DNA of 64,000 nucleotides from an uncultured Chlamydiae bacterium (GTDB lineage Bacteria > Chlamydiota > Chlamydiia > Chlamydiales > SM23-39), in contig CAVSSM010000004.1 in NCBI GenBank assembly GCA_963730605.1, positions 1 to 64,000 of the forward strand, read 5' to 3'. Shown here in pieces: positions 30,964 through 41,032 of this stretch (the first letter of the stretch is position 1; each line of letters begins with the position of its first letter). The position numbers and the translations under genes were made by a program. The notes below the pieces were generated by a model. The model ran no database searches, was not told where the DNA came from, and saw nothing but the letters and a program-made list of their open reading frames with translations.

Positions 30964-33765
30964 ATGACAACTCTTTCTACCGCCTACGATCCGAAACTTG
31001 TCGAAGAAAAGTGGTCTTCCTTTTGGAAAGAAGGGGGCTATTTCAAAGCCGATCCCCTCTCGGAAAAACCTCCGTTTTGCATCGTCATTCCCCCTCCCAA
31101 CGTGACGGGGGCTCTCCACATGGGACATGCCCTTGTAGATACGGTCCAAGACATCCTGATCCGCTGGAAGAGGATGCAAGGCTTCGAAGCCCTTTGGGTT
31201 CCAGGAACCGACCACGCCGGCATTGCCACCCAAACCGTCGTTGAGCGCAACCTTTTCGTCCAAACCGGAAAACGGCGAAAGGATATGGGCAGGGAAGAGT
31301 TCTTGGCCCTTGTCTGGGATTGGAAAGAAAAATGCGAGGGCCAAATCTTAGGCCAGCTCGAAAAGCTCGGCTGTTCTTGCGATTGGTCGCGTCTTCGGTT
31401 CACCATGGACGAAGGGAATAACCGCGCGGTTCGCACCGCATTCAAGAAGATGTTCGACGACGGGCTTATCTACCGCGGCGATTACCTAGTCAACTGGGAC
31501 CCTGTACAGCAGACGGCTCTTTCCGACGACGAAGTGGAACATGAAGAGAGGCCGTCCTTCCTTTGGCATATCCGCTATCCCCTCGCAGACGGCGATTCCA
31601 TCACCGTCGCTACCACCCGTCCCGAAACGATGCTCGGCGACACTGGCGTCGCAGTCCACCCTAGCGACGGACGCTACGCGGCCTATATCGGCAAGACTGT
31701 CCGGCTGCCTTTGATGGACCGGGAGATTCCCGTGATTGCAGATCCTTTCGTCGATCCGGCCTTCGGGACCGGCGCTGTGAAAATCACCCCTGCCCATGAT
31801 TTCAACGATTTCGAAATGGGGATCCGCCATCATCTACCCCGCATCAACATCCTAACGCCCGATGCCCGCATCAACGAGGCGGGGGGATCGTTTGCCGGCC
31901 TTTCTGTGGAAGAGGCCCGGATCGCCGTTGTCCATGAACTGAAAAAACAAGGCTTTTTAGTCAAAGTCGATCCCCATTTTCTCCGAGTCGGCGTTTCCTA
32001 CCGATCGAAAGCCGTGATCCAGCCCTATCTATCCAAACAATGGTTCGTCAAAATGACCTATTTCAAGGATCGGCTCATTTCGGCCGTGAAGGAAAAGCGG
32101 ATTAAACTCATCCCTCCCTATTGGGAAGAGACCTATTTTCATTGGATCGAAAACTTGCGGGATTGGTGCATTTCGCGCCAGCTTTGGTGGGGCCACCGGA
32201 TCCCGATCTGGTATGGCAAAGGCGGCGAAGTCCTTTGCTGGGAAGGAGCTCACGCTCCCCCTGAGGCTGAAAAAGACCCGTCCTATTGGACACAGGATGT
32301 TGATGTTTTGGACACTTGGTTTTCATCTGCCCTTTGGCCGTTCAGCACGCTCGGCTGGCCGGCAAAAACCCAGGAGCTCAAAAAATTTTATCCCACATCG
32401 GTCTTGGTCACTGCCCACGACATCCTCTTTTTCTGGGTCGCCCGGATGATCCTGATGGGAGAATACATCATGAAGGCCCCCCCTTTCCATGAGACATTCC
32501 TCCACGGGCTCATCTACGGCAAATCGTACTGGAAGAAAAACTCGGACGGCTCGGCGGCCTACATCATGGGCGAAGAGAAAATGAAATATGATCTTGGCTC
32601 TTCCTTGTCGGCGGACGTTGAATCGAAATGGGAAAAGATGTCCAAGACGAAAGGCAATATCATCGACCCCCTTGAGGTGATCTCGACCTTCGGCACCGAC
32701 GCTCTTAGGATCGCCCTCTGTTCCAGCCTCACTCATGCGCGGCAGATCGACCTGGACCGCAGGAGATTCGAAGAGTATAAGAATTTCGCCAACAAGATCT
32801 GGAACGGCGCCCGTTTTGTCTTCCTCAACCTCGAAGGGCTCGCTCTTGAATCAGGCATCGACCGGCAGCTCTTTACCCTTGAAGACCGATGGATCCTCTC
32901 CGTCTTGAACCGGACGATCCGCGAGATCAACCAAGCCTTAAGCCACTACTCTTTCGATAGGGCCGCGGCAAGAAGTTATGAATTCTTCTGGAATGATTTT
33001 TGCGCAGTGTATCTGGAAACCGTCAAACCGGTCCTTTTCGGGCGGACGGGCTCATCTGAGCTCAAAACCAACAAACAAAAAATCCTCATCGTCCTCCTCC
33101 TCAGCTCAATCCGCCTCCTCCACCCGATTACTCCCTTCATTACTGAGGAGATCTTTTCGCTTCTCAAAGCGGCGTTCCCCCATCTTCCTCTCCTGAATGG
33201 CGATCCGTATCTCTACGACGCAAGCGTCGCTTTAAGCTCTCCTGCATGCATCGTAACCCCTTATCCTAAAGTTCTCGAGGAGTCCGATATCGATCCCGAA
33301 ATCGAAAAAACCTTTACCGCCATGAACGATCTCATCCGGGCGATCCGCAACATTCGCACCGAGATGCAAATCTCCCCCGCCGAAAAGACGGATCTTTATT
33401 TTTCCGGGGACAAGTCAGCCGAATGGGAGCTGGCTGAGGCTCACCAGGAGATCATCCTCGCCCTGACCCCCACGGCAAAGATCCTCTTTTCAAAGAATGA
33501 GCCCAAACTTTTCGGAAGCTCCGCTCTTTGGGGCAGTTTGAAACTGACGATCCCCATCCCCGAATCTCTCAAGGCAAAAGAACGCACTCGCCTCGAGAAA
33601 GAAAAAGAAAAACTCGAGAAGATGAGAGTTGGAACTGAGGCGAAACTCGCGAACGCAGAATTCCGTACAAGGGCTCCTCAAGAAATTGTCAATCAACTCG
33701 AGCAAAATCTTGCTCAGACAAAGAGGCAACTGGGCGACATTCAAGAACAACTAAAAAGGCTTTAG
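30964..33765 (+). CDS. valS: Valyl-tRNA synthetase
   Basis: PPPNVTGALHMGH, TTRPET, DWCISRQLWWGHRIP, KMSKT. Confidence 0.98.
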   Translation: MTTLSTAYDPKLVEEKWSSFWKEGGYFKADPLSEKPPFCIVIPPPNVTGALHMGHALVDTVQDILIRWKRMQGFEALWVPGTDHAGIATQTVVERNLFVQTGKRRKDMGREEFLALVWDWKEKCEGQILGQLEKLGCSCDWSRLRFTMDEGNNRAVRTAFKKMFDDGLIYRGDYLVNWDPVQQTALSDDEVEHEERPSFLWHIRYPLADGDSITVATTRPETMLGDTGVAVHPSDGRYAAYIGKTVRLPLMDREIPVIADPFVDPAFGTGAVKITPAHDFNDFEMGIRHHLPRINILTPDARINEAGGSFAGLSVEEARIAVVHELKKQGFLVKVDPHFLRVGVSYRSKAVIQPYLSKQWFVKMTYFKDRLISAVKEKRIKLIPPYWEETYFHWIENLRDWCISRQLWWGHRIPIWYGKGGEVLCWEGAHAPPEAEKDPSYWTQDVDVLDTWFSSALWPFSTLGWPAKTQELKKFYPTSVLVTAHDILFFWVARMILMGEYIMKAPPFHETFLHGLIYGKSYWKKNSDGSAAYIMGEEKMKYDLGSSLSADVESKWEKMSKTKGNIIDPLEVISTFGTDALRIALCSSLTHARQIDLDRRRFEEYKNFANKIWNGARFVFLNLEGLALESGIDRQLFTLEDRWILSVLNRTIREINQALSHYSFDRAAARSYEFFWNDFCAVYLETVKPVLFGRTGSSELKTNKQKILIVLLLSSIRLLHPITPFITEEIFSLLKAAFPHLPLLNGDPYLYDASVALSSPACIVTPYPKVLEESDIDPEIEKTFTAMNDLIRAIRNIRTEMQISPAEKTDLYFSGDKSAEWELAEAHQEIILALTPTAKILFSKNEPKLFGSSALWGSLKLTIPIPESLKAKERTRLEKEKEKLEKMRVGTEAKLANAEFRTRAPQEIVNQLEQNLAQTKRQLGDIQEQLKRL

Positions 33766-33804
33766 CATCTCGTAAAATCTCGGATGACCCTCTTCAGATC
33801 CTTT

Positions 33805-34091
33805 CTACAACGTAGAGGAATGCTGATCTCTCACTTCAACATTTGATGCGCCCGCCTGCCGTCTTCCATATGTTTTGGTTCGGCAGGCAATCCCTGCCTT
33901 AATATAAAGGGAATTCCTCGATTCTCCGAAAGGTAAAAAATAAAATTTTATCGGTTTTTTTTCGCAATTCGATTCGATTATTTTCTGAAATTGATGTTCA
34001 TAGTCCTTATTGAGACATCCCATCAAAATGGCAATGTTTTGCTTATTCGAAGTTTGCGCCGTAACCATATTGTACAAAGTCGAGCTGACAT
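33805..34091 (-). CDS. Small hypothetical AT-rich gene (RBS-associated ATG at 34091 is out of frame with the main ORF)
   Basis: 90-aa ORF, RBS AGGAG and consensus promoter upstream. Confidence 0.45.
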
Positions 34092-34118
34092 GATTCTCTC
34101 CTAGCGTTTATTCACAAC

Positions 34119-34147
34119 ATTATAGAAAAAGTAAATTTATTTTGCAA
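34119..34147 (-). promoter_or_regulatory. Sigma66/70-type promoter TTGCAA-17-TATAAT
   Basis: Direct reading of the minus strand. Confidence 0.65.
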
Positions 34148-34227
34148 TATTATTCATATAATATTATTTATTTAAACACTTTTTTAATTAACTATGTAGA
34201 AAAAATTTAAAAAAACTCCTTCAGCTC

Positions 34228-35595
34228 TTAACTAGTCGTAGTCTTCCGTTCGAATTTGAGGAGTTTTTCGAATTCGCGCGTCTCGGCTACAACGATCGCC
34301 GATAGGCCCAAAAGCCCGACCAGGTTCGGAAACGCCATCAGCCCATTCATGATATTGGCAAAACTCCAGACAGCGTTCAGGCTCGAGGTGGCTCCCGGGA
34401 TAAGGACTAGGGTAAACAAAACTCGGTACCAGCGGACGGCAGAGAGCCCGAAAAGATACTCGGTGCACTTTTCCCCGTAGTAGGCCCAGCCGAGGATCGT
34501 CGAATAACCGAAAAAGATGAGCGATAAGATCACAAGGGTTGCCCCAAAAGGAATCGCGCTTTTGAAGGCTTCCAAGGCGAGATGCGCTCCATTTAAAGTG
34601 GCGCCATCGGGACCGGGCTGGCCCAAAAGACCACTCACGGCAATCGCAAGGCCAGTGATGGTGCAGATGATGATCGATGTGATGAACACTCCGCTCATCG
34701 ATATGAGCGCTTGCCTGCCAGGGACGTCGGTCTTCGCGGCCGCCGCAGCGATCGGGGCTGTCCCCAATCCCGCTTCGTTGGAAAATACGCTCCTCGATAC
34801 ACCGAATTGAATGGCCATCATCAGCGTCGAGCCGGCAAATCCCCCCGCCGCGGCCTTCCCTGAAAAGGCCTGGATGAAGATTTCCTTGAATGCGGCGCCG
34901 AGCATGTCAAAGTTGAGAACGATGAGGAGAAGACCTCCGAGAATGTAGAAGAGAGACATGGCTGGCACAAGCCAGCTCGACATCTTGCCGATGCTCTTGA
35001 CCCCGCCGAAAAGAGCTGCGCCTGTAACGGCGGCAAGGACGATCCCGATCCAAAGGGGATCGACATACTCCTTAGCCGCGGCGGCAATCGAGTTGGCCTG
35101 AACCATGTTTCCTGTCACCAAGGCCGTGAGCGCACCGGCTATTGCAAAAAATACTGCGAGGCCTTTCGATTTCAAACCCTTCTCGAGATAGATCATCGGC
35201 CCGCCGCACATTTCCCCCTTCTTGTCTTGGGTCCGATATTTGACGGCCAGGATGGCTTCCGCATATTTAGTCGCCATGCCGATCAAAGAGGCGACCCACA
35301 TCCAAAAGAGGGAACCCAGCCCTCCCAGCGCAATCGCGGTAGCGACGCCTGCAATGCTCCCGATCCCAATCATGCCCGCAAGCGCCATCATCAGCGACTG
35401 GAACTGGCTGATATCTCCTTGCGCCGCGCCATCTTGCCGGGTTAGAGCCAATTTGATCGAATAGCCCAAATAGCGAAATTGGATCCCTCTCAGCGCATAC
35501 GTCAAGTAGAGGCCGACCGATGTTAGAAGAAACAAGAGCGGAGCGCCCCAGACCCAGTTTTCTATCCGAGAGAGCCACGATTCGAATGGGGACAT
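34228..35595 (-). CDS. Sodium:alanine/glycine symporter (AGCS family)
   Basis: FWMW, KYAEAILA, GGPM.YL, RSVFSNEAGLG, GWAYYGE. Confidence 0.93.
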   Translation of the reverse strand: MSPFESWLSRIENWVWGAPLLFLLTSVGLYLTYALRGIQFRYLGYSIKLALTRQDGAAQGDISQFQSLMMALAGMIGIGSIAGVATAIALGGLGSLFWMWVASLIGMATKYAEAILAVKYRTQDKKGEMCGGPMIYLEKGLKSKGLAVFFAIAGALTALVTGNMVQANSIAAAAKEYVDPLWIGIVLAAVTGAALFGGVKSIGKMSSWLVPAMSLFYILGGLLLIVLNFDMLGAAFKEIFIQAFSGKAAAGGFAGSTLMMAIQFGVSRSVFSNEAGLGTAPIAAAAAKTDVPGRQALISMSGVFITSIIICTITGLAIAVSGLLGQPGPDGATLNGAHLALEAFKSAIPFGATLVILSLIFFGYSTILGWAYYGEKCTEYLFGLSAVRWYRVLFTLVLIPGATSSLNAVWSFANIMNGLMAFPNLVGLLGLSAIVVAETREFEKLLKFERKTTTS

Positions 35596-35670
35596 AATTT
35601 CTTCCTAAAATTAATTTCGAAGGTCTATGATATAAAGCGTTCGACTTTTTGTCCCTCGCAAAAAACCATA

Positions 35671-36705
35671 TTGGACGTAAGAAATTTTTCTATGAACTGT
35701 CTGCCCTCTCCCATCGCGCTGAAACGGCAGTTCCCCTCTCCCTCCTTTCCCCTGCAGGCTCGCAAAAAGGCGGAAGAGATCCTTTTGGGCAAGGAAAACC
35801 GGCTCGCAGTCTTAGTGGGCCCTTGCTCGATCCACGACGTGGAAGCCGCCTTGGATTATGCGGGGAGGCTCAAAATCATCGCCGAGAAAGTCGAAGAGAC
35901 CTTATTTCTCGTTATGCGCGTATTTCTCGAAAAGCCCCGTACAAGGTCCGGGTGGAAAGGGATCTTGTACGACCCTCATCTCGACGCCTCGCACGATATA
36001 GGTTCGGGGCTAAAAGTTGCCAGGGAACTCCTCGTCAGCCTGGCCGAGCTCGGAGTGCCGGCCGCTACAGAACTCCTCGACCCTCTCGCCTCCTTCTACT
36101 TTGACGATCTCATCACATGGGGGATGATCGGAACCAGGACCTCCGCCTCCCAGGTCCATAGGCAAATGGCCTCGCGGCTTCCTTTCCCGGTCGGCTTCAA
36201 AAACGATCTGCTCGGATTTCTTGAACCTGCGATCTTGGGGATCCTATCAGCCCGAAAGCCCCACTCCCAGATCGGCCTCGACCCCTATGGAAGGGTCAGC
36301 AGGGTCGAGTCGAAGGGCAATCCCTTGACCCATCTTGTCCTCCGCGGCTCGGACAAGGGGCCTAATTGCGATGCGGCCTCTCTGGTCTATGCCCTCAAAC
36401 GGCTTGCCGAACACCAGTTGGATGCGCGGCTCCTTGTCGATTGTTCTCATGGCAATTCGGGGAAAAACATCGAGCGGCAAAAAGAGGCGTTCCTTTCCTT
36501 GATCGAGCATGCCTCTTCCGGCAGCCGCGGCATCGCGGGCCTAATGTTGGAGAGCCATCTTTTTGGCGGGAAACAACCCTACACCGAAGACTCTTCAAAC
36601 CTTGCCTATGGAGTATCGATTACCGACCCCTGTCTTTCTTGGGAGGAAACCGAGGAGCTGCTCCTGTGGGCCAACGAGAAGCTGTCCCTAGTCCAGATAA
36701 AATAG
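35671..36705 (+). CDS. DAHP synthase (class I-alpha, AroF/G/H family)
   Basis: GPCSIHD, EKPRT..GWKG, PVGFKN, VDCSHGNS, YGVSITDPC. Confidence 0.93.
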   Translation: MDVRNFSMNCLPSPIALKRQFPSPSFPLQARKKAEEILLGKENRLAVLVGPCSIHDVEAALDYAGRLKIIAEKVEETLFLVMRVFLEKPRTRSGWKGILYDPHLDASHDIGSGLKVARELLVSLAELGVPAATELLDPLASFYFDDLITWGMIGTRTSASQVHRQMASRLPFPVGFKNDLLGFLEPAILGILSARKPHSQIGLDPYGRVSRVESKGNPLTHLVLRGSDKGPNCDAASLVYALKRLAEHQLDARLLVDCSHGNSGKNIERQKEAFLSLIEHASSGSRGIAGLMLESHLFGGKQPYTEDSSNLAYGVSITDPCLSWEETEELLLWANEKLSLVQIK

Positions 36706-36719
36706 CCTCCACGACAATC

Positions 36720-38513
36720 CTAATGAACTATGATGAGATTCACATTTGCCAAAACTGCAAGCCCGGCATCGGTGGTCTGAAGGCCCCGGCTTAGGCTAAG
36801 GTTGGTGAGTTTTGCCAAAGTTGCCAAAGAAGCAAGCCCGGCATCAGTGATCCGATAGCACCATCTCAGAGTGAGGCTGGTGAGATTCTCCAAATTTGCC
36901 AAAGACGCAAGCCCGGCGTCGGTGATTTGACAGCACCAGCTCAGATCGAGGCTGGTGAGATTTGTTAAATTTGCCAAAGACGCAAGCCCGGCGTTGGTGA
37001 CCCGTTCGCACCCTGCCAGGCTGAGGCTGGTGAGATTTGCCCAAGTTGCCAGGTGCTGCAGCCCATTGTCGGTGATCAGATAGCAGGATGCCAAGTTGAG
37101 GCTGGTGAAATTTGCCAAAGAAATTGCTAGGAGCTGCAGCCCGGCGTCGGTGATACCGCACCCTGCCAGGTTGAGGCTGGTGAGATTTGCCAAAGTCGCC
37201 AGAGATGCAAGACCGACATCGGTAATATCGCACTCTGCCAGGCTGAGGCTGGTGAGATTTGCCAAATTTGCCAGAGATGGAAGACCGACATCGGTAATCC
37301 GAAGGCATCCTTTTAGATCGAGGCTGGTGAGCTTTGCCAAAGTTGCCAAAGACGCAAGCCCGGCGTCGGTGATCCGTTCGCACCCTGCCAGGTTGAGGCT
37401 GGTGAGATTTGCCAAATTTGCCAAAGACGCAAGCCCGGCGTCGGTGATTTGATAGCACCAGCTCAGATCGAGGCTGGTGAGATTTGCCAAAGTCGCCAAA
37501 GACGCAAGCCCGGCGTTAGAGATTTCATAGCATCCTGCCAGGCTAAGGCTTGTGAGATTTGCCCAAGTCGCCAGAGATGCAAGACCGACATCGGTAATAT
37601 CGCACCCTGCCAGGTTGAGGCTGGTGAGATTTGCCCAAGTCGCCAGAGATGCAAGACCGACATCGGTAATATCGCACCCTGCCAGGTTGAGGCTGGTGAG
37701 ATTTGCCAAATTTGCCAGAGGCTGCAGCCCAGCATCGGTAATCCGACGGCATCCTTCCAGATCGAGGCTGGTGAGATTTGCCAAATTTGCCAGAGGCTGC
37801 AGCCCAGCATCGGTAATCCGACGGCATCCTTCCAGATCGAGGCTGGTGAGATTCTCCAAATTTGCCAAAAACGCAAGCCCGGCGTTAGAGATTTCATAGC
37901 ATCCTGCCAGGCTAAGGCTTGTGAGATTTTTTAAATTTGCCAGGTACTGCAGCCCGGTGTCGCTGAGATTGCCGTTTCGTGCATTAATTTCAATAATGTT
38001 AGGAAAACGCAAAATAATATTTTGCAGCTCTGAATTAGTAATGTCACTGTTTGATAAATCAAGTTTTAACGGTATTAACTTTATTGAAAGATTTAGATTG
38101 AATGCTCTGAAAAAATTTGGATCGACTGCTCTGAGTTCTCTAATCTCTTTCAAGGTAATCGGATATCTGCCTGTCACTTTGTCTTCGAAACGACGAATGG
38201 CGGCCATAAAAGGGTTTTTAGCCAGGTTTTGCTTCTGTTCTGTCGAAGCGAGGGCTGCATTGTCTCTCCGGTTTAAAAATTTCTGGATGTTTACCAATAC
38301 TTCGTCGGGCATTGAAGAAAGAGAGGGAGGAGGGGGGCGCCTGAGTAAGCGCAAGCAGCGGCTTACGAAATCCGGCATCCACGCGAGTGTCTGGCCCATT
38401 ACAGTAAGTCCCAAAACTGATACAGGATCTGAAACTCTTAGATACTTAGCGGCCACCCCCGTTATCCCTATACCAACCCCAATTTTTACAGCCGCATTAA
38501 TCTTCACAAGCAC
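36720..38513 (-). CDS. F-box-like + leucine-rich-repeat protein (putative effector)
   Basis: LSSMPDEVLVNIQKFL followed by ~16 cysteine-containing LRRs (L.NLTSL.L.GC..ITDAGL..L); DNA-level ~72-78 bp repeats. Confidence 0.88.
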   Translation of the reverse strand: MLVKINAAVKIGVGIGITGVAAKYLRVSDPVSVLGLTVMGQTLAWMPDFVSRCLRLLRRPPPPSLSSMPDEVLVNIQKFLNRRDNAALASTEQKQNLAKNPFMAAIRRFEDKVTGRYPITLKEIRELRAVDPNFFRAFNLNLSIKLIPLKLDLSNSDITNSELQNIILRFPNIIEINARNGNLSDTGLQYLANLKNLTSLSLAGCYEISNAGLAFLANLENLTSLDLEGCRRITDAGLQPLANLANLTSLDLEGCRRITDAGLQPLANLANLTSLNLAGCDITDVGLASLATWANLTSLNLAGCDITDVGLASLATWANLTSLSLAGCYEISNAGLASLATLANLTSLDLSWCYQITDAGLASLANLANLTSLNLAGCERITDAGLASLATLAKLTSLDLKGCLRITDVGLPSLANLANLTSLSLAECDITDVGLASLATLANLTSLNLAGCGITDAGLQLLAISLANFTSLNLASCYLITDNGLQHLATWANLTSLSLAGCERVTNAGLASLANLTNLTSLDLSWCCQITDAGLASLANLENLTSLTLRWCYRITDAGLASLATLAKLTNLSLSRGLQTTDAGLAVLANVNLIIVH

Positions 38514-38546
38514 CTTCTTGAATGAATTATTTTAAAAATTAATGAA

Positions 38547-38575
38547 ATTATAACAGATGAAAAAATACAATACAA
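38547..38575 (-). promoter_or_regulatory. Sigma66/70-type promoter TTGTAT-17-TATAAT with extended -10 TG
   Basis: Direct reading upstream of the LRR gene. Confidence 0.6.
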
Positions 38576-38594
38576 TAAGTATTTACAAGTGTAA

Positions 38595-39980
38595 GGGATT
38601 GTCTGAGGATAACTCGTACACTTTCATAGGGAAATACCGATTCTTACCATTGGAGAAATGGTATAATTCCAGTCACCACGAAATTCATTGAAGGTGATCG
38701 CAATCTCTCGAAAATCTTCATCGCTAATCTCTCTGCCTTTTTCATACTCTCTGAAGTCGATTTGGGCTTGAATTTCTAGCCCTTTGGTCGTTTTTGTGCT
38801 ACCGATTAACTGCACGATCGCCTCACGGGTGATCAGCGGCACCCCTCTCCAGTTCTGAGAAATATAGCTGAACATCTTGTGTTCGATTTTATTCCATTTA
38901 CTTGTCGCTGGCGGGAAATGACATACATGAATTTCTAACCCCAATTCATTTGCCAGTTTTTGCAGTTCCCACTTCCAAAGCCTCACCCTATTGCCATTGC
39001 TGCCACCACAATCGGCAGTTATCATCAACTTGGAGGCATTTCGATAGTCTTTTTTTCCTATTTTTTGCCACCAACTACGAATCGTATTTACAGCAAATTC
39101 AGCAGTGTCGCTCGTAATTCCAACACTGACCCAGCCCTTATTTTTGCCAATATCATATACCCCATACGGGGCCACTTTCCCCGCTTCTTTGTCGGGAAAA
39201 TCATGAACATCGACCTTAACTGGCTCTCCTCGCTTGAGGTCATGGACGAATGGAGTTCAGAAAGATTTATGCGACGGATGATTTGGACTGGTTGCCTCAG
39301 AAGAACGAGTGGGTGGGCCTACGGTCTATCATCAAATTAGACTCGGTGAGATGGGCAGAGGGCAAAAGACAACAGGAAATCAAGTATTACATCAGCAGTT
39401 TACCACCCGAAGCGGAAACCCTCTCTCGTGTGATTAGAGGGCATTGGAGCATTGAGAGCAGATGTCATTGGGTATTGGATGTGGTATTCGCCGAAGATCG
39501 CAATCCGATAGTAGAAGGGCACGCTCCAGAAAATCTGAGGGCTGTGAACTTGTTAGCGGCAAAAATGTTGAAAGAGGAAAAATCGTGTAGAAAGGGCATT
39601 AGAGCCAAACGGTTTAAGGCGGCGCTTGATAATGACTACCTACACAGGGTGTTGCTGGCCGCTAACTTTTGATGCGCTCGCCCTGGTTTTTGTTGGATAT
39701 CTTTGATCCCCAAATAGATTGTCGAACGACTAACTTTAGTAGCGGCATGCACCAATGTTACTCCGCCCTTTCCAAGTGCTAACGCTTCAGCGGCACACCA
39801 CAAGCGACGGCTTTTTTCGTTCAATGAGTGATTGACTCGAAGATATTTTGTTCGGATTATGTTCTGAGAAACCACGCTCTCTACTCTGAGGGCAGGAAGA
39901 GTAGCATCAATATATATTTTTATCTATGGAAATTTGAAAAATTTCCTATGAGAGTGTACGAGTTATCTTCAGACAATCCC
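38595..39980 (-). mobile_element. ISAzo13-family IS, disrupted
   Basis: ~40-bp IR GGGATTGTCTGAGGATAACTCGTACACT / AGTGTACGAGTTATCTTCAGACAATCCC; TAA on both flanks; transposase pieces 39875-39686 (LNEKSRRLWCAAEA) and ~39245-38624 (PYGVYD, DTAEFAV, SKWNKIEH). Confidence 0.9.
39250..39685 (+). mobile_element. ISAs1-family transposase 3' fragment with right end
   Basis: YYISSL, IRGHWSIE..HWVLDV.F.ED; right end TGATGCGCTCGCCCTG. Confidence 0.85.
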
Positions 39981-39983
39981 TAA

Positions 39984-40200
39984 GCATTGGGAGATTAGCG
40001 GCTTTAGCCATCCGCTAATTTTGCTCAACAGCGGGATGACTTCTTTGCGCTCATCTCCTGAGGCCCGTGCTTGTAACGACCAAGGGTTGCCCTAAAGCAT
40101 CAACAAGCAGGTGGCTCGTTACTCCCTTCCCCTTGTATCCATAGTCAACCTTCTCGCCGCCTCCCTTCCCTCCGGAAAAAAAGACAGCGTAATCCCATCT
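39984..40200 (-). pseudogene. IS5-family transposase remnant (not in the ORF track)
   Basis: Manual translation gives GKGGGEKVDYGYKGKGVTSHLLVDALGQPL and GDERKEVIPLL across frameshifts. Confidence 0.7.
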
Positions 40201-40205
40201 CCTTT

Positions 40206-40317
40206 CTTGCCTATGGAGTGTCGATTACCGACCCCTGTCTCTTTCTCTCTCTCTCTCTTGGGAAGAGACGGAAAAGCCGCTCCTCTCAGCCAGAGAGCAT
40301 CGGTCCGAGAGAAATAG
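40206..40317 (+). repeat. Degenerate duplicate of the 3' end of the DAHP synthase gene (36601-36705)
   Basis: CTTGCCTATGGAGT.TCGATTACCGACCCCTGTCT...CTTGGGA...GCTCCT...AAATAG in both; a (CT)n expansion in the copy. Confidence 0.85.
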
Positions 40318-40318
40318 G

Positions 40319-40939
40319 TTATTCTTCTTCTAGCGGTTTATCCATTTTTTTTTGGGGTTCTAGATCTGGGATAACCCCGGCACTTTCAAGTTCGTTTTGA
40401 GGTACTAGATCTGGGATAACCCCGGCAAATTCAAGTCCTCTGGCGATAAAAGCAAGGCCGAGCCTGTGGCCGATATTCGCGCGATCGACATCTTTTTTCA
40501 GCTTTTCGCAGATAGGGATAGCCAGGGCTGTACACTTGGTACCCTTTGGGATGACGATGACATTGCCGAACTGTCTTTGTATCTTGGTTTCATCTGTATC
40601 CGTGACACAAAGAATACCGGGACGCCCAGTCTGAGCCTCGAAATCATCATCACGATTGCCCGTGGATGAATTTTCCCAACCCAAAGCATAATCAACAGCC
40701 GTCGCAATATGAGAAACATCAAGAAGATAAAGATCGTGCTTGGTAGTAAAGGATTTGGACTCTTCCGGTTCGATGTCGAATCGCCCCCCATCCCCCCGTA
40801 CGCCATTGATCGTTGTGCCGTGAATTCCAATTAATTTATCACTTGAAATATTGGGCATTTTTTGTTTAAACCACAGATTACTCAGGTGTTCTGCACCTCT
40901 TTTTCCTATGAAAAGGCTTCTTAAAATACTCAGCGTCAT
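40319..40939 (-). CDS. Hypothetical protein, possible ADP-ribosyltransferase-like fold, with a C-terminal 15-aa duplication
   Basis: RBS AGGAG; IGIHGTT, LYLLD...AVDYA; LE.AGVIPDL.PQ twice. Confidence 0.6.
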   Translation of the reverse strand: MTLSILRSLFIGKRGAEHLSNLWFKQKMPNISSDKLIGIHGTTINGVRGDGGRFDIEPEESKSFTTKHDLYLLDVSHIATAVDYALGWENSSTGNRDDDFEAQTGRPGILCVTDTDETKIQRQFGNVIVIPKGTKCTALAIPICEKLKKDVDRANIGHRLGLAFIARGLEFAGVIPDLVPQNELESAGVIPDLEPQKKMDKPLEEE

Positions 40940-41032
40940 AAACTCTCCTTAATTTACTTGTTATTAATACATATATTATAACATAGAACATTTATTAATT
41001 AAAGAGTTATTTTATTTATAATTACATTTTTA

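Noticed and set aside
34071..34084. Half copy of the 25190 element end (TTGTACAAAGTCGAG)
   Set aside because: Isolated short match with no partner IR; could be chance
39985..40120. Multi-hairpin ncRNA
   Set aside because: The minus strand translates to IS5-type transposase motifs, so the hairpins are probably incidental
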